Under the pieces are notes generated by a model, which saw only the letters and a list, made by a program, of their open reading frames with translations, did no database searches and was not told the origin of the DNA. A stretch of DNA of 64,000 nucleotides from a virus. Lineage: Duplodnaviria > Caudoviricetes. The stretch covers positions 15,116 through 79,115 of the IMG/VR virus record IMGVR_UViG_3300028653_000015. One strand, written 5' to 3'. Shown here piece by piece: positions 10,501 through 21,084 of this stretch. Position 1 is the stretch's first letter; each line of letters starts with the position of its first letter. Both the position numbers and the translations under genes were made by a program.

Positions 10501-12539
10501 ACCATCGCTGCTTCAGGTCCTCGCTGTGGAGGTCTCTGCATAGGCAGGGCTCTCGCAGACGCGGCTGAGGCAGCGGTGGGGCCATTTGCTCCGCTCATCA
10601 TTAGCCCAACAACCGTATCATGCAACTCTGGGCTGCGTTCTTGTAGACGTCTGAGCGTTACTGGCTTCTCTGCAGGAGTGAGCCTCGATATCTTGTCCGC
10701 CAGTTGTCTAGCCATGTACAGCAAGTCTACATTCATCCCACCCGCGATATCTGTGTTGGTGGCTGTAGCTGGATGTTGTTGAATGCTGCTCAGACTGAGT
10801 GGAGATGTGATCTCTTTTGGAGGTGAAATCAAGGATGGGTCTCTTGGTGTGGGTGCCATGTCTGGAGACTTCTGTGGTGCAGGCTGACCCGTTTGTGCAG
10901 CCGCTTGATCTTGCATCATTCCACTCTGAATCTCTGACTGGAATGTCATCTGTTCCTTGGCCGCTTCTGTCTGTATCGCAGCCTGCTCCACCATGGCCTT
11001 GGCTTGTGCTTTGTTCTGCCACTTGGCTGTGACAAGCATGGCCTCTCCCTCCATCTCCGCCTGTAGCAGTCGCTGCTTCTTCATCGCAGCTACCCTACGA
11101 GAAGCCTCCACTTCCATGATCTTGTCTTCTTTAGCCGAGTCGTAGTCAGCATCTGCCATCAAGGACTCATCAGACATCTTGCCAGCTTGGTTAAGCTGGA
11201 AGAGATATGCCTTCCTCTGTAGATCGTCCGCCATCTTGAACGGCTTGAACCTTGCCCCCACCTTGGGCCAGCTCAAGTAGGATGCTGTCCTGTCAATCAC
11301 CCACCGCAATAGGGATAACTGGTCAGACAAGTAGCCCAAGAACATGTTCTCGAGCATGCGCAAAGACACGTTAGATCCTGAGTAGCTAAGCCCACCAAAG
11401 ATCAATTCGTTGGGTACTCCCATACCAGCAACAATATGCTCAGACCATACCCGAATCTCTTGACTGAGAAGTAGGGCCCTGCCATCGCCGCCTATCGTCT
11501 CTTGACCAATAGGAAGTGGTAGGATGGGTATGTAGTTGTTGTCTGCACGCCACCGACGTAGCTCGCCCGCAATCTGATCATGCCAGTCCTGCAAGTTGAC
11601 TGTGGTGTAGGGGTCACTGGTGGCAGAACCCGACTGTGGGAACAGCATCCTCAGGGGAACGATATGCTCAAGAGCTATGGATTCCTGGGCCTTCCTGAGC
11701 ACCTGCAGATAGAAGGTATCCTTCAGTACTGGCAAAATCATAGGAGTACCCCAGCCTCTATCTTTGCCGGCAAGGGTAGGCCGCTTGAAGTGGTAGATAT
11801 TGTCCCTGCTGAACACGACAGCCTTCCTCAAACGAAGGGCGTCGATGAACAGCTGGGGCACACTCTCTACCGCCGATTTTTTGCCTATTATAATGTCGTT
11901 CTTCAGCTGCACCGGGATCGAATAGTAGTACTCGTACTCCCCGCTGATGTCGTTGTATCGGATGTCAATGTCTTCCGGATTCCATCGTAGTAGCCTGATA
12001 CCCTTGGGTGCCTTGATGTAATGGTCCCGGACCTTGGCTATACCAGAATGATCGCACTGCTCACACTGCCAGTGGAACTCGAAGTTCATGAACCTGTATA
12101 TGGCATCAGATGCCTGCTTCTCGAATCCGCAGCGTGTGCAACGAAGAATCTTCACGAATGGATAAAAGATGCTGACAAGAGCATTCCCGTAGGTGTAATA
12201 GTCCAGACCTATTTCGATCTGAAAAGGACGGTACCTTAGTTGCTCATTGAGAAAGCTGTTCCAGCTCTCCTTCAAATCTTGCTTTTCGGTGTCTAGGATG
12301 ATGTCTGTAATGGGGTAGTCTGCCATCTTGGAGACTACGGCATTGATCAGTGGATTCACCAGGAAGTAGTACCGACACCACCGGAACATCTGCTTGACCG
12401 TAGCTGGCAAGTAGGTCTGTCCGATATCGAAGAACGGGCTAGGGTATTGCAGACCGTAGTCTGAGGAGCTACCGGTACGTCCTCTAGTCCTAGAGAAGCG
12501 GAGAGCAGAGGAATCTGCACCACCTAAACCTGCACTCAT
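10497..12539 (-). CDS. Portal protein with Zn-ribbon insertion
   Basis: Portal-like segments NPLINAVVSKMADYP, DYYTYGNAL, IYHFKR..GWGTP, IVAGMGVPNELIFG..SYS, plus a Q/P-rich tail. Insert CTRC...CEQC. Confidence 0.75.
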   Translation of the reverse strand: MSAGLGGADSSALRFSRTRGRTGSSSDYGLQYPSPFFDIGQTYLPATVKQMFRWCRYYFLVNPLINAVVSKMADYPITDIILDTEKQDLKESWNSFLNEQLRYRPFQIEIGLDYYTYGNALVSIFYPFVKILRCTRCGFEKQASDAIYRFMNFEFHWQCEQCDHSGIAKVRDHYIKAPKGIRLLRWNPEDIDIRYNDISGEYEYYYSIPVQLKNDIIIGKKSAVESVPQLFIDALRLRKAVVFSRDNIYHFKRPTLAGKDRGWGTPMILPVLKDTFYLQVLRKAQESIALEHIVPLRMLFPQSGSATSDPYTTVNLQDWHDQIAGELRRWRADNNYIPILPLPIGQETIGGDGRALLLSQEIRVWSEHIVAGMGVPNELIFGGLSYSGSNVSLRMLENMFLGYLSDQLSLLRWVIDRTASYLSWPKVGARFKPFKMADDLQRKAYLFQLNQAGKMSDESLMADADYDSAKEDKIMEVEASRRVAAMKKQRLLQAEMEGEAMLVTAKWQNKAQAKAMVEQAAIQTEAAKEQMTFQSEIQSGMMQDQAAAQTGQPAPQKSPDMAPTPRDPSLISPPKEITSPLSLSSIQQHPATATNTDIAGGMNVDLLYMARQLADKISRLTPAEKPVTLRRLQERSPELHDTVVGLMMSGANGPTAASAASARALPMQRPPQRGPEAAMV

Positions 12540-13372
12540 CCCACTACTCCTGCGTCAGGTGTAAGAGCTCCAGCACCGCTATTAGGCGCCAGTTGCCCAA
12601 GTGTTCGGCCGACACCCTCTCCTGCTTTCCCCGCCCAATGTCCCAACAGGTAGCTTGGCAAGAGGCCAGAGGGCCCTACTGTGTAGCCCACGGTACTTGC
12701 AGCATCGCCTAGGGTACGTTCTAGCCTGCCAGGCCCACCTGGTTCAGTAGGTCTGGCAGCATCCATAGTTATACCAACGCCGGCAGCACCGGTCAGTCCC
12801 TTCTCGAGCTGACCCATCCTATTCCAGGAATTGTGGAGCAGTTTTCCTGGGTGTGTAACCATGCCGTGTACTGCACCAGGAACAGTCAGCCAGCCCTGTT
12901 GGAATGCTTGTTGGTGGGCTGCATCTCTAGCCAGGTCCTTAGCGTGTGGCTTCTCCGCCAACTCTGGAAGCACCCCTAACTCCCTAGCTTTAGAAAGTTG
13001 TTCTGCTGGATTACCTTCTATACCGTGGCCTGTGAACTGGTACTTAGATCTGTCCCAGAACTTCTTGGTTGCTTTGCTGGCTGCTTCTCTACCACCCTTG
13101 GTAGCCAGCAACCCAGCACCAGTCAAACCACCACCAACTAAAGCCCCTCTAGAAGCGCCCTGAAGCCTTTCACCAGGCTCTGCAGTACCAGCTCCCACTG
13201 CTGCCCCCGCGCCAGCGCCTATCGCAAGCTTCCCACCATAGGTGCCCATCCTATTGCTAAGACCCTCACGCACCGCTGGAATTAGCTTACGAATGCCAGA
13301 CAGCGGAAGAGCAGCCTCCTTCTGGAGCTGCTCAACCAGTGCATGCATGTGGGACTGGGTTATGTGTCTCAT
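12536..13372 (-). CDS. Gly/Ala-rich putative internal virion protein
   Basis: Start at 13372 forms an ATGA overlap with the upstream stop. N-terminal ALVEQLQKEAA and glycine-zipper segments. Confidence 0.7.
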   Translation of the reverse strand: MRHITQSHMHALVEQLQKEAALPLSGIRKLIPAVREGLSNRMGTYGGKLAIGAGAGAAVGAGTAEPGERLQGASRGALVGGGLTGAGLLATKGGREAASKATKKFWDRSKYQFTGHGIEGNPAEQLSKARELGVLPELAEKPHAKDLARDAAHQQAFQQGWLTVPGAVHGMVTHPGKLLHNSWNRMGQLEKGLTGAAGVGITMDAARPTEPGGPGRLERTLGDAASTVGYTVGPSGLLPSYLLGHWAGKAGEGVGRTLGQLAPNSGAGALTPDAGVVG

Positions 13373-14235
13373 GACAACAACAGCAACTGTTCCTTGAGTT
13401 GCTTGTTCCTTAAAGCTTGATAATCCCACGCAACCTTCAGTTTGGCTACCTGTATATCGACGGGGTTCTCCTCCAGCGTCAGACCCTCTGGGGTGCGTAT
13501 TATTTCCCTGTACTTCTGCTGCACCTCTGTGATCATATCTGAGGACTCAAGACCCCTATCACTAAGGTATCTATTGATCTCGCTTTGACAGAACGCTATA
13601 GGGTGTGGTGCGTACATAACATTCTCGTCCAGCACGCTGGCAGCTACAAAACTTTGTGTCTCAAGTACAAATGCCTCACCAGACCTAACCATCTCCGCCG
13701 CATCCACACTGTTGAAGAGCTGTGCGATAGATGGCTTCTGAAGTACCTGCCAATCTGGAATGTTGTTGTTAAGTGCCTGTGTTATCCAACAGAACACTTC
13801 CCAGTTTGTCCAGTACATCTGCCCTATGTGCAGGGTCTTAATCGCTTGAATCTTTGCCTTCGCATGATCTGATATAGATGGTACGTGGAAATCTTCTTTG
13901 ATCTCTTTCCACAGAGTCTCCGATTCCCACTCAAACCAGTCTGTTCCGTACTTACGCAACAGTGCCACGTCAAACACCACAGGATGAGAATCGTGGTGCA
14001 CAAACAGATTCTTAGTTGTGACTGGAGTGGACTTCTTGTTCTGAATGTCTCCCACCATCACAGGAGGAAGACTGGCTACGTCGTTAAGAGTCAGAACGGG
14101 CTTAGTCTTGTCAGTAGTTTCAACCACCAGGTCTGCATCGAGGACAGCGGGTTCACCGGCATCTACGAAGAGAGATGGCTTCTGCTGGCCGACTTTTTCA
14201 AGTACGGCCAGCAGATCTGATTCGTGATCAGCCAT
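13369..14235 (-). CDS. Hypothetical protein in the head gene cluster
   Basis: 288-aa ORF translationally coupled to the downstream gene. Confidence 0.75.
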   Translation of the reverse strand: MADHESDLLAVLEKVGQQKPSLFVDAGEPAVLDADLVVETTDKTKPVLTLNDVASLPPVMVGDIQNKKSTPVTTKNLFVHHDSHPVVFDVALLRKYGTDWFEWESETLWKEIKEDFHVPSISDHAKAKIQAIKTLHIGQMYWTNWEVFCWITQALNNNIPDWQVLQKPSIAQLFNSVDAAEMVRSGEAFVLETQSFVAASVLDENVMYAPHPIAFCQSEINRYLSDRGLESSDMITEVQQKYREIIRTPEGLTLEENPVDIQVAKLKVAWDYQALRNKQLKEQLLLLS

Positions 14236-14255
14236 CTTGTACTGCTTACTCCAGA

Positions 14256-15416
14256 CTATTCACCAGCAGCTCCACTTGGTCCAGAAGGTCCACTTGGTCC
14301 AGAAGGTCCACTTGGTCCAGAAGGTCCACTTGGTCCAGAAGGTCCACTTGGTCCAGAGGGTCCTGTAGGTCCATCAAGCTCAACCGTAAGTGGGCTGGTG
14401 AATACACCATTCGATTGAACTCTGACAGCAACCATGTCTCCCGATGCACGAGGAGGATCAACATCCGTCATGTCAGGATTGATGACTACTACACCACTGT
14501 CTATCCAAGCAGCAGCTCCAGCCGTGCCTGTAGTGTTCTTTGGCATGCAGGGGATACCAGCTACGGTCACACCGTTACCGGCATAGTTTCCTACTCCGCC
14601 AGCAAGTGGGGTCACTGGAACTGCAGTAGAAATACCTGTGCCAGCCGCCGTAGCAGCCGCACGAATGATGCCCCGGCAAGGAGAGCCATCAGCATTGATC
14701 AGTGTGGCCACTGCATTGGCTGTGCTACCACCCTGAGCAGGCTGTACAGTCAACAGCCGTACTGACACAAACGCCTTAGGTTCTACTGGTGTGTAGACTC
14801 CACCACCTGCAGTACCAAGAGTAGCAGTGATACCAAATGCAGTTGCATTGATAGCATCAACAACATCTTGAGCAGTGCTTCCACCATCAGCGAATCTGAT
14901 AACCAGTCTGTTGTTTGGCGCATCGAAGGTCACACGCAGGGTTCCACCAGCGCCTGGCTGTATGATCTCAACCTGGAGACCAACCGCACTAGGATCGGTT
15001 GAAACCAGATTGATGACCGATGTTCCAGATGTCAGCACGCAAGTGAGCGTGTCAGAGTAGGCGATGGAGAGTGCACCAGATTCTACTGGGGCAGCAAGTA
15101 TCTGCGCCTTGATGCCACTCTTACCTGGCTTCATAGCAGTCAGCGTAAGGATGGCAGTACCAGAGACCAGAGCCGCATGATCGAAGGTCTGTCCCTGAAG
15201 AAGCTTACGACCAGCCAGTGTAATGACTCCACCGGTAGATACGGGAACAGCCCCCACCATAGCATCGAGCTCGGGGAATCCAACTCGTCCTTCCGAGTTC
15301 TCAAACCCAAGTTCTGTATCAACCCGGAGATCTGCAATCTCCCCCGGCAAACCTGTCTTACCACTGGCTACCAAATGTGGGATCTTTGCGCTAGCGAAAC
15401 CGAATGATTGTGACAT
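14256..15416 (-). CDS. Virion structural protein with C-terminal collagen-like (GPS)n tail
   Basis: 386 aa, rich in G/A/T/V, ending in about ten GPS triplets. GGAGAA RBS. Confidence 0.8.
   Translation of the reverse strand: MSQSFGFASAKIPHLVASGKTGLPGEIADLRVDTELGFENSEGRVGFPELDAMVGAVPVSTGGVITLAGRKLLQGQTFDHAALVSGTAILTLTAMKPGKSGIKAQILAAPVESGALSIAYSDTLTCVLTSGTSVINLVSTDPSAVGLQVEIIQPGAGGTLRVTFDAPNNRLVIRFADGGSTAQDVVDAINATAFGITATLGTAGGGVYTPVEPKAFVSVRLLTVQPAQGGSTANAVATLINADGSPCRGIIRAAATAAGTGISTAVPVTPLAGGVGNYAGNGVTVAGIPCMPKNTTGTAGAAAWIDSGVVVINPDMTDVDPPRASGDMVAVRVQSNGVFTSPLTVELDGPTGPSGPSGPSGPSGPSGPSGPSGPSGPSGPSGAAGE
14271..14360. repeat. 18-bp tandem repeat x5 (TCCACTTGGTCCAGAAGG) encoding collagen-like GPS
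   Basis: Directly visible. The last copy has one mismatch. Confidence 0.9.
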
Positions 15417-15431
15417 GTTGTTCTCCTTCTC

Positions 15432-16787
15432 CTACTGCGTATCGTTGAGAATCCTGGCGATAATCCGTTTCGAATCCAGTGGCAGAGAATCGAACACTTC
15501 GCTCGGTTTCTCTACTATCTCACTCGCCAGTTCGGGACCAAACTTTGCTTTTAATGCATGTATTTTCTGACTGTCGTGCACACCCTCCTGTAACTGATCT
15601 TGTGTCAGTCTATCAGCTCCCTGCTCCCATAGCCACTCCGCCCTTTTCTCCATCCCAAACACACATGCTACTGGGTCTACAATGAAGTCATCCCAGTATT
15701 GATCTAGGCCATGCTGCACATCGAATGCCGTAAGATCTATGCAGAACTGGTCTGGAGAAGCACTGGCATACTTATCCAGCATGCCCCTCAGTGCATCCCT
15801 CTCCGGCGCATCATCTACCCAGAACTGCATACGAGTACAGACCGAAGCTCGTACATCATCAGCTGAGGCAAAGTTCTTGCCAGCATACTTCATGATGTTG
15901 TCAGTCACGGAGATATGAAGTTCATCAGCTCTGGCTGCGAGCTTGGTGCAGTACTCCCTACGCTCCTGTGGATGTAGGCTCTTACCATTCTCTTCAAACC
16001 ACTTGTTTGCCTCCAGGACTTCCCCGTAACTGTCGATGGGGAAGCGACCCTGGCCCAGCTTCTCTAGACAGTAGCGTGTGTGAGCCTTCTTCTCGAACTT
16101 CGGAGGTGGAGACTTACCAGTGGTATTCACATACAAATGATCAGCGTCCTTGGGTATGTGCATCTGTACCTTCTTGTCAAAGTCTTTCATGGCATTGAGC
16201 TTGCCAGAAGTGATTCTCATCTTCTTTACTAGATCTGATACTCCAGCTTTCTTCTCATCTGTAGCGTTGAGCTGGCTATCCGCATCAGCCTCTTTGTTAG
16301 GATTGGACTGAAGAGGCATTACTTCTGATCCAGTCAAGTCCGCTGATTTCTTCTTGCCGCCAAACAACTCTTGGGACAGCTCTCTTCGCTCTGCGGATGG
16401 CATAGGCTTACCAGCATGAGTGAGAGTTACATGTTCCGCAGTCTTCTGTAGTTGCCAAGGCGGTTCGATCTCAAAAGCCTGGCAGTACTCCACCAGGTTG
16501 GCAGCAGCTACCTTCTGTGCCTCTTCCGGCAGCTTGTCCTTGTTCTCCAGGAAGTAGAGGGTGGATAGAGCAGTGTTACCCTTGTCCACACAGGCGAACT
16601 TTCTGATCTTATTACCCTGGTCTACCATAACCAAGGCAAAGGCATCATCAGGAAGAGCAGCCAGCTTCTCCTCTGACTGATAGTCAGCTTGCCGGATGTA
16701 GTCCGGGAGCTGAGCGAATGCAAGTTTGGTCTTCAGTACTGTTCCTGAAGGGTCGTCATAGAAATCGATGACCGTGCCTGTTTGCAT
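15432..16787 (-). CDS. Putative head or internal protein rich in K-x-A motifs
   Basis: Likely start is ATG 16787 (MQTGTVIDFYDDP) with a GGAG RBS. About twelve K-x-A/G motifs. Confidence 0.75.
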   Translation of the reverse strand: MQTGTVIDFYDDPSGTVLKTKLAFAQLPDYIRQADYQSEEKLAALPDDAFALVMVDQGNKIRKFACVDKGNTALSTLYFLENKDKLPEEAQKVAAANLVEYCQAFEIEPPWQLQKTAEHVTLTHAGKPMPSAERRELSQELFGGKKKSADLTGSEVMPLQSNPNKEADADSQLNATDEKKAGVSDLVKKMRITSGKLNAMKDFDKKVQMHIPKDADHLYVNTTGKSPPPKFEKKAHTRYCLEKLGQGRFPIDSYGEVLEANKWFEENGKSLHPQERREYCTKLAARADELHISVTDNIMKYAGKNFASADDVRASVCTRMQFWVDDAPERDALRGMLDKYASASPDQFCIDLTAFDVQHGLDQYWDDFIVDPVACVFGMEKRAEWLWEQGADRLTQDQLQEGVHDSQKIHALKAKFGPELASEIVEKPSEVFDSLPLDSKRIIARILNDTQ

Positions 16788-16805
16788 GGGTATCTCCAAG
16801 ACTAG

Positions 16806-16835
16806 ATAGTACGAGCCACAAGGAAGCCGTGTCAA
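16806..16835 (-). promoter_or_regulatory. sigma70-like promoter TTGACA-N18-TACTAT
   Basis: Perfect -35 and a TAnnnT -10, upstream of the minus-strand head operon. Confidence 0.55.
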
Positions 16836-16851
16836 CTCCTATACTAGCGCA

Positions 16852-16879
16852 GCAAAAAGCTCAAAACCACGGGTATAAG
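16852..16879 (+). promoter_or_regulatory. Putative phage promoter GCAAA-N17-TATAAG
   Basis: Motif copy at the start of the replication block. Confidence 0.6.
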
Positions 16880-16902
16880 CAAATCAGTCTATACCCCTGA
16901 TA

Positions 16903-17361
16903 ATGCCTACAGACAAGATTCTCAGAACAACTGCACAGCAAAGGAGATCAATGGGATACGCAGAACGGTTCAATCTGAATGAGACACCAAGGTGCTTCGG
17001 TCACAACGAATGCTATGACGATGATGACACCGATTGCAAAGCCTGCAAACATCTTCATACGTGTCGACAGGAAGTCACCAGACAATCGGCAGCAGCTATG
17101 CCACGAGTAGCAACTGCCTACACACCCTACCGCCCCTCCGCCTCCGCTCCTACACCAATCCGACCAGCCTACACTCCAAGCTACAACTCGAACTATAGGC
17201 ATGGTAGTTATCCAAGTGCTGATGTACCGACCTGGGAACCTGGGCCCATGAACGACAAAGATCCTGCGGTCACACGCTTCTTCAAAGATGGTGCCGCTGG
17301 TGCAGCTCGAGGTCTGTTCTTTGAGTTCTGGAGATTCTGGACCGTGTTCCGCCTCAAGTAA
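16903..17361 (+). CDS. Hypothetical protein with Cys cluster and Pro-rich linker
   Basis: CFG...C...CKAC...C pattern, 152 aa. Confidence 0.65.
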   Translation: MPTDKILRTTAQQRRSMGYAERFNLNETPRCFGHNECYDDDDTDCKACKHLHTCRQEVTRQSAAAMPRVATAYTPYRPSASAPTPIRPAYTPSYNSNYRHGSYPSADVPTWEPGPMNDKDPAVTRFFKDGAAGAARGLFFEFWRFWTVFRLK

Positions 17362-17370
17362 TAGATCAAC

Positions 17371-17412
17371 TTGACACAATGCAATTAGACGCAGTCTAAT
17401 TGCAGCGCATCA
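17371..17412 (+). promoter_or_regulatory. 42-bp element: TTGACA-N18-TCTAAT overlapped by a perfect 11-3-11 palindrome
   Basis: TGCAATTAGAC-GCA-GTCTAATTGCA at 17380-17404. A 40/42 identical inverted copy lies at 54489-54530. Confidence 0.7.
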
Positions 17413-17428
17413 AAATTTAGGAGACAAA

Positions 17429-18877
17429 ATGGCAAACCTGCATTTGATCAAGAGAGATCCTGACAAAGGTTACTTCGGTAGGCAACTGTGGATACCGAAG
17501 AAACATGTGAATGTGAGATCGATCAAGGCAGGGCTAGAGTACCCTGTGATGGGGGATGAGGGTATTGCTTTTCTACAGCTCTGGGAAGAGAACGAAACGC
17601 ACATCATTGTGCCTAGAGAGTTCATTCCCCGGGATCAATACCCGCTCCTTCAGTTTCCCATAGTGCGGGTAGGTCCTACCTCTTTTCCCACCATCAAATT
17701 CAAGAGCAGCATAGAGCTGGATAAGAAGAAACTCCATCTCAATATCCAGCGAGATGCCTTCAAAGCTATGTGCGCTTCTCGCAGTGGTATCTTGAACTTA
17801 AGTTGTGGCCGGGGGAAGACAGTAATAGCCCTGCACCACATAGCCGAGAAAAAAGTACCAGCTCTGATCATAGTGAACAATACCACTCTGATAAACCAGT
17901 GGGGAGAGAGGATCGAACAGTTCCTGGAAGTAGCGGGGGGTGTAGGACTAGTACAAGGTCCTCCAAACACCTGGGACTGGGAAGGTAGGGGCATAGTTAT
18001 AGCCATGCTCCACTCCCTTTCCTTGCGTTACGAGGAACTGCCTGACGGTTTTGATCGATACTTTGGTGGTGTCTACTACGATGAGACTCACCATCTTTCT
18101 GCTCCACTCTTTGTCCGAGCCGCTCCTATGTTCTACGGAGCTAGGTACGGACTGACAGCAACAGTAAACAGAGAAGATGGACTAGAGTCCATCTATCAGT
18201 ACCACATTGGTCCTGTGTTTTATAGAAATCTGATGCAAGACCTGAAGCCTCGCATCTACATCCAGGAGATGCCTGTGCATGTCAACTTCCAGGACCCTGC
18301 GGTCATAAAGGAAATCACAGACAAGCGAGGCATGCCTAGTATCCCTAAGCTCCGGGGCTATCTGTGTACCCGGCCGGAAACTCTTGAGTTCATCTCAAGC
18401 AAGCTGCGTGTTCCTCTACATAAAGGACGTAAGGTCCTGGCACTCAGTCACTGCATCGAACAGCTATGTGCGTTGAACGCTATGTTTCCAGACTCCGGCC
18501 TGTGCATAGGTGATGTGCCACCACATGAAAGAATCGAAACTTTGAGGCATAAGCAAATCACATTTGGGACTCTGCAGTTAGTCAAGGAAGCTCTGGACGA
18601 AGAGACCCTGGATACCATATTCTTCTTGACCCCGTTCGGCAGTGGTGCCGTAGAGATGGGTGGAAAAAACTCTCTACAGCAAGGAATGGGTCGTATCCTA
18701 AGGCCCCTTGAAGGTAAGAGGCATCCTATAGTTGTGATCGTAGACCCCATATACATACCCAAACTCCACAGGATGTGCAGTCAGTTGAAGAAGCTCATCA
18801 ATGCCTGGCCTCAAGATGAGGGCGGGCCTTTTGAGTACACACTTCTAAGTCCATACGAAGGAGCCGAACCGAAATGA
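17429..18877 (+). CDS. Superfamily 2 DExH helicase (UvsW/XPB-like)
   Basis: CGRGKT, YDETHH, GLTATVNREDG, QGMGRILR. Confidence 0.9.
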   Translation: MANLHLIKRDPDKGYFGRQLWIPKKHVNVRSIKAGLEYPVMGDEGIAFLQLWEENETHIIVPREFIPRDQYPLLQFPIVRVGPTSFPTIKFKSSIELDKKKLHLNIQRDAFKAMCASRSGILNLSCGRGKTVIALHHIAEKKVPALIIVNNTTLINQWGERIEQFLEVAGGVGLVQGPPNTWDWEGRGIVIAMLHSLSLRYEELPDGFDRYFGGVYYDETHHLSAPLFVRAAPMFYGARYGLTATVNREDGLESIYQYHIGPVFYRNLMQDLKPRIYIQEMPVHVNFQDPAVIKEITDKRGMPSIPKLRGYLCTRPETLEFISSKLRVPLHKGRKVLALSHCIEQLCALNAMFPDSGLCIGDVPPHERIETLRHKQITFGTLQLVKEALDEETLDTIFFLTPFGSGAVEMGGKNSLQQGMGRILRPLEGKRHPIVVIVDPIYIPKLHRMCSQLKKLINAWPQDEGGPFEYTLLSPYEGAEPK

Positions 18878-19404
18878 TCAGTATGGATGATCTACTTAAC
18901 ATCATATGCACAGAAGCTTTTGAAGGTGGCAACACTAGTTCCTGTATTGATTATGCAAGTCCAGAAGAAGTACACAATCAACATCTAAAAGAGGGCGGAA
19001 TAAAAATGAACCAAGACAACAAACGATTGATCATTCTAGGCAACGGTAACCTTCAACAGATGTACGTGGGGTACACCCTGTTCTCACATGAGCAGATACT
19101 ATACATGCTTAAAGAAGGACACCCCATCGGCCTCACAGAGGCCAGAATCTTTCAACACCTGATCATAAATATGATGAGCCCACAAGGGCCACTCACCAGC
19201 GTGAACACAAAGATCTTACCATTTCCCATAGACATGAGTGGCGGAGAGATTTGGATTAAGGCAACTGAGTACATAGATCCTGACAGTTCTAGAGCCGTAT
19301 CTGAGGCCATCAAGAACCTACTGGGGACGTGCAGCCAGATAGAACAAGATGCGCGACTAAAGGACTCAGGATTAGTCCTAGCTTCCAGCATGCCAAAGGA
19401 CTGA
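18874..19404 (+). CDS. Hypothetical protein
   Basis: ORF within the operon. Alternative start ATG 19006. Confidence 0.6.
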   Translation: MISMDDLLNIICTEAFEGGNTSSCIDYASPEEVHNQHLKEGGIKMNQDNKRLIILGNGNLQQMYVGYTLFSHEQILYMLKEGHPIGLTEARIFQHLIINMMSPQGPLTSVNTKILPFPIDMSGGEIWIKATEYIDPDSSRAVSEAIKNLLGTCSQIEQDARLKDSGLVLASSMPKD

Positions 19405-19411
19405 GTACACG

Positions 19412-20143
19412 ATGAATAAAGAAGAAGCACTCAAGCAATTGAGAGCAGAGTGGGGTGACTGTAGACGTTGCGGTTTATGCAATACACGTAAGAACCTGGT
19501 CTTCGGTAATGGCAATCCCAATGCAGACATATTGATAGTGGGAGAAGGACCTGGGGAAACTGAAGACAAACTTGGTCTGCCCTTCCGGGGATCTAGTGGC
19601 GAGATTCTGAATCGATTCCTAGATGCTGCACAGATAGACAGGAACTCGGAACTGTATCTCACGAATGTGGTGTGCTGTTGGCCATACCAAGTTGTGAAAG
19701 ATGAGAGGACAAACAGGGACCTTCGTGAGACCAGGTCCCCCACCAAGGAAGAAAAGCTGGCATGTAGAGAACGGTTACTGAAGATTCTCTATATTGTAGA
19801 CCCAATGATCATAGTAGCCCTAGGCAAGACAGCCATGCAGTCTCTGACCGGCAAGGGTACTGTAATTACAAAAGCACGTGGCGAGATACTGGTGATGGAA
19901 ATACAGGGTGTGCATACCAAGGTTCGTTACCCAGTCCTTCCCGTTTACCATCCGGCCTACCTAGCCAGAAGCATGGACTACACAGATGATGGTCCATGGC
20001 ATACAACGGAAATGGACTTCGGTCTTCTGTGTCAGGTGGTGGATTGCTTACGAGAAAAGTACTACGGTAAAGTACCCCCAGAAAGAGATCAAAAACATGA
20101 GCAACCGAAAGAAAAAGAAAACGAAGACAGAGACCACGATTGA
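19412..20143 (+). CDS. Uracil-DNA glycosylase, family 4
   Basis: CRRCGLC, VGEGPG..ED..G.PF.G.SG, TNVVCC, YHPAYL. Confidence 0.9.
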   Translation: MNKEEALKQLRAEWGDCRRCGLCNTRKNLVFGNGNPNADILIVGEGPGETEDKLGLPFRGSSGEILNRFLDAAQIDRNSELYLTNVVCCWPYQVVKDERTNRDLRETRSPTKEEKLACRERLLKILYIVDPMIIVALGKTAMQSLTGKGTVITKARGEILVMEIQGVHTKVRYPVLPVYHPAYLARSMDYTDDGPWHTTEMDFGLLCQVVDCLREKYYGKVPPERDQKHEQPKEKENEDRDHD

Positions 20144-20612
20144 CCAGCCACCATCAATGGCCGACAACAGCGCCAAACGGTACAGAGCTGCAGAAGCAGA
20201 ATTAGCGGAGTTCATGAAGGACCCCGACGTTAGGGAGATACTAACAGAACTGTATCAGTTGGTTGATGAGAGGAATGCAACTCTGGATGAGGCCATTCGC
20301 AACATCAAGTCAGAACTACAGCGTTCTGATCAAGCGCAGCTTGTGCTTGGGGGACTAGGTGCACAAAAGAGGCACAAGAGGTGGTATGATACTGACTTCT
20401 TGGCTGAGCATCTGCCACACAACCAAGCACAGCTGGTTCTCACATCACATCTTGAGTGGGAACTCAATCAAACACTACTTGAGCAACTGCTGAGGCAGGG
20501 TGAGGTTGATGCCGAGGTAGTTAAGCAGGCGTTTCATGACGAACCCGATTCTCCTGCGGTACTACCTGGCACACCGAAACCATTCATCCTTCCACCGCTA
20601 CCAGTTGATTAG
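20097..20612 (+). CDS. Hypothetical protein
   Basis: Track ORF 19986-20612. Likely start MSNRKKK at 20097. Confidence 0.65.
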   Translation: MSNRKKKKTKTETTIDQPPSMADNSAKRYRAAEAELAEFMKDPDVREILTELYQLVDERNATLDEAIRNIKSELQRSDQAQLVLGGLGAQKRHKRWYDTDFLAEHLPHNQAQLVLTSHLEWELNQTLLEQLLRQGEVDAEVVKQAFHDEPDSPAVLPGTPKPFILPPLPVD

Positions 20613-20620
20613 AGGGAACT

Positions 20621-21082
20621 ATGAAAAGATATGTGTTGGGTTTTGCATTTGATCCTACCCTGTACAAGGTGTTGCTAATTGAGAAAACCAGACCCGAGTG
20701 GCAGGCCGGACGCATGAATGGTGTGGGCGGGCACATAGAAGAGGGCGAACTCTCTTACGAGGCCATGAGGAGAGAGTTCATTGAGGAGACTAACATTTCG
20801 GCAAATATTGACCCAGCCTGGGTACAGTACGCCAAGCTACATGGAGTTGATAAGAGTGGAGAGCTTTGGGAGATAGACATATACCGAGGGATCATAGACG
20901 AGCTCGGTCCTATCGACAGCTACTATGCTACTACAGATGAGGGTGTTGTATCATTGGTGGCAGTTAAATGTCTAAATACCTGTCCGGTACTTCCAAACCT
21001 GTTGTACCTGATACCAATGGCAATCAACAACATAAATGGCACAGACAAGTGCGCATACTTTGACATCGCGGAAGTTAGGTAA
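20621..21082 (+). CDS. NUDIX hydrolase
   Basis: Nudix box GGHIEEGE..YEAMRREFIEET. Confidence 0.88.
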   Translation: MKRYVLGFAFDPTLYKVLLIEKTRPEWQAGRMNGVGGHIEEGELSYEAMRREFIEETNISANIDPAWVQYAKLHGVDKSGELWEIDIYRGIIDELGPIDSYYATTDEGVVSLVAVKCLNTCPVLPNLLYLIPMAINNINGTDKCAYFDIAEVR

Positions 21083-21084
21083 AC

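Noticed and set aside
14271-14360. Tandem repeat as a CRISPR array
   Set aside because: There are no spacers. It is an 18-bp unit encoding collagen-like GPS in frame.
16788-16835. TTG start at 16835 given by the ORF track
   Set aside because: It coincides with the -35 box. ATG 16787 has a properly spaced RBS.
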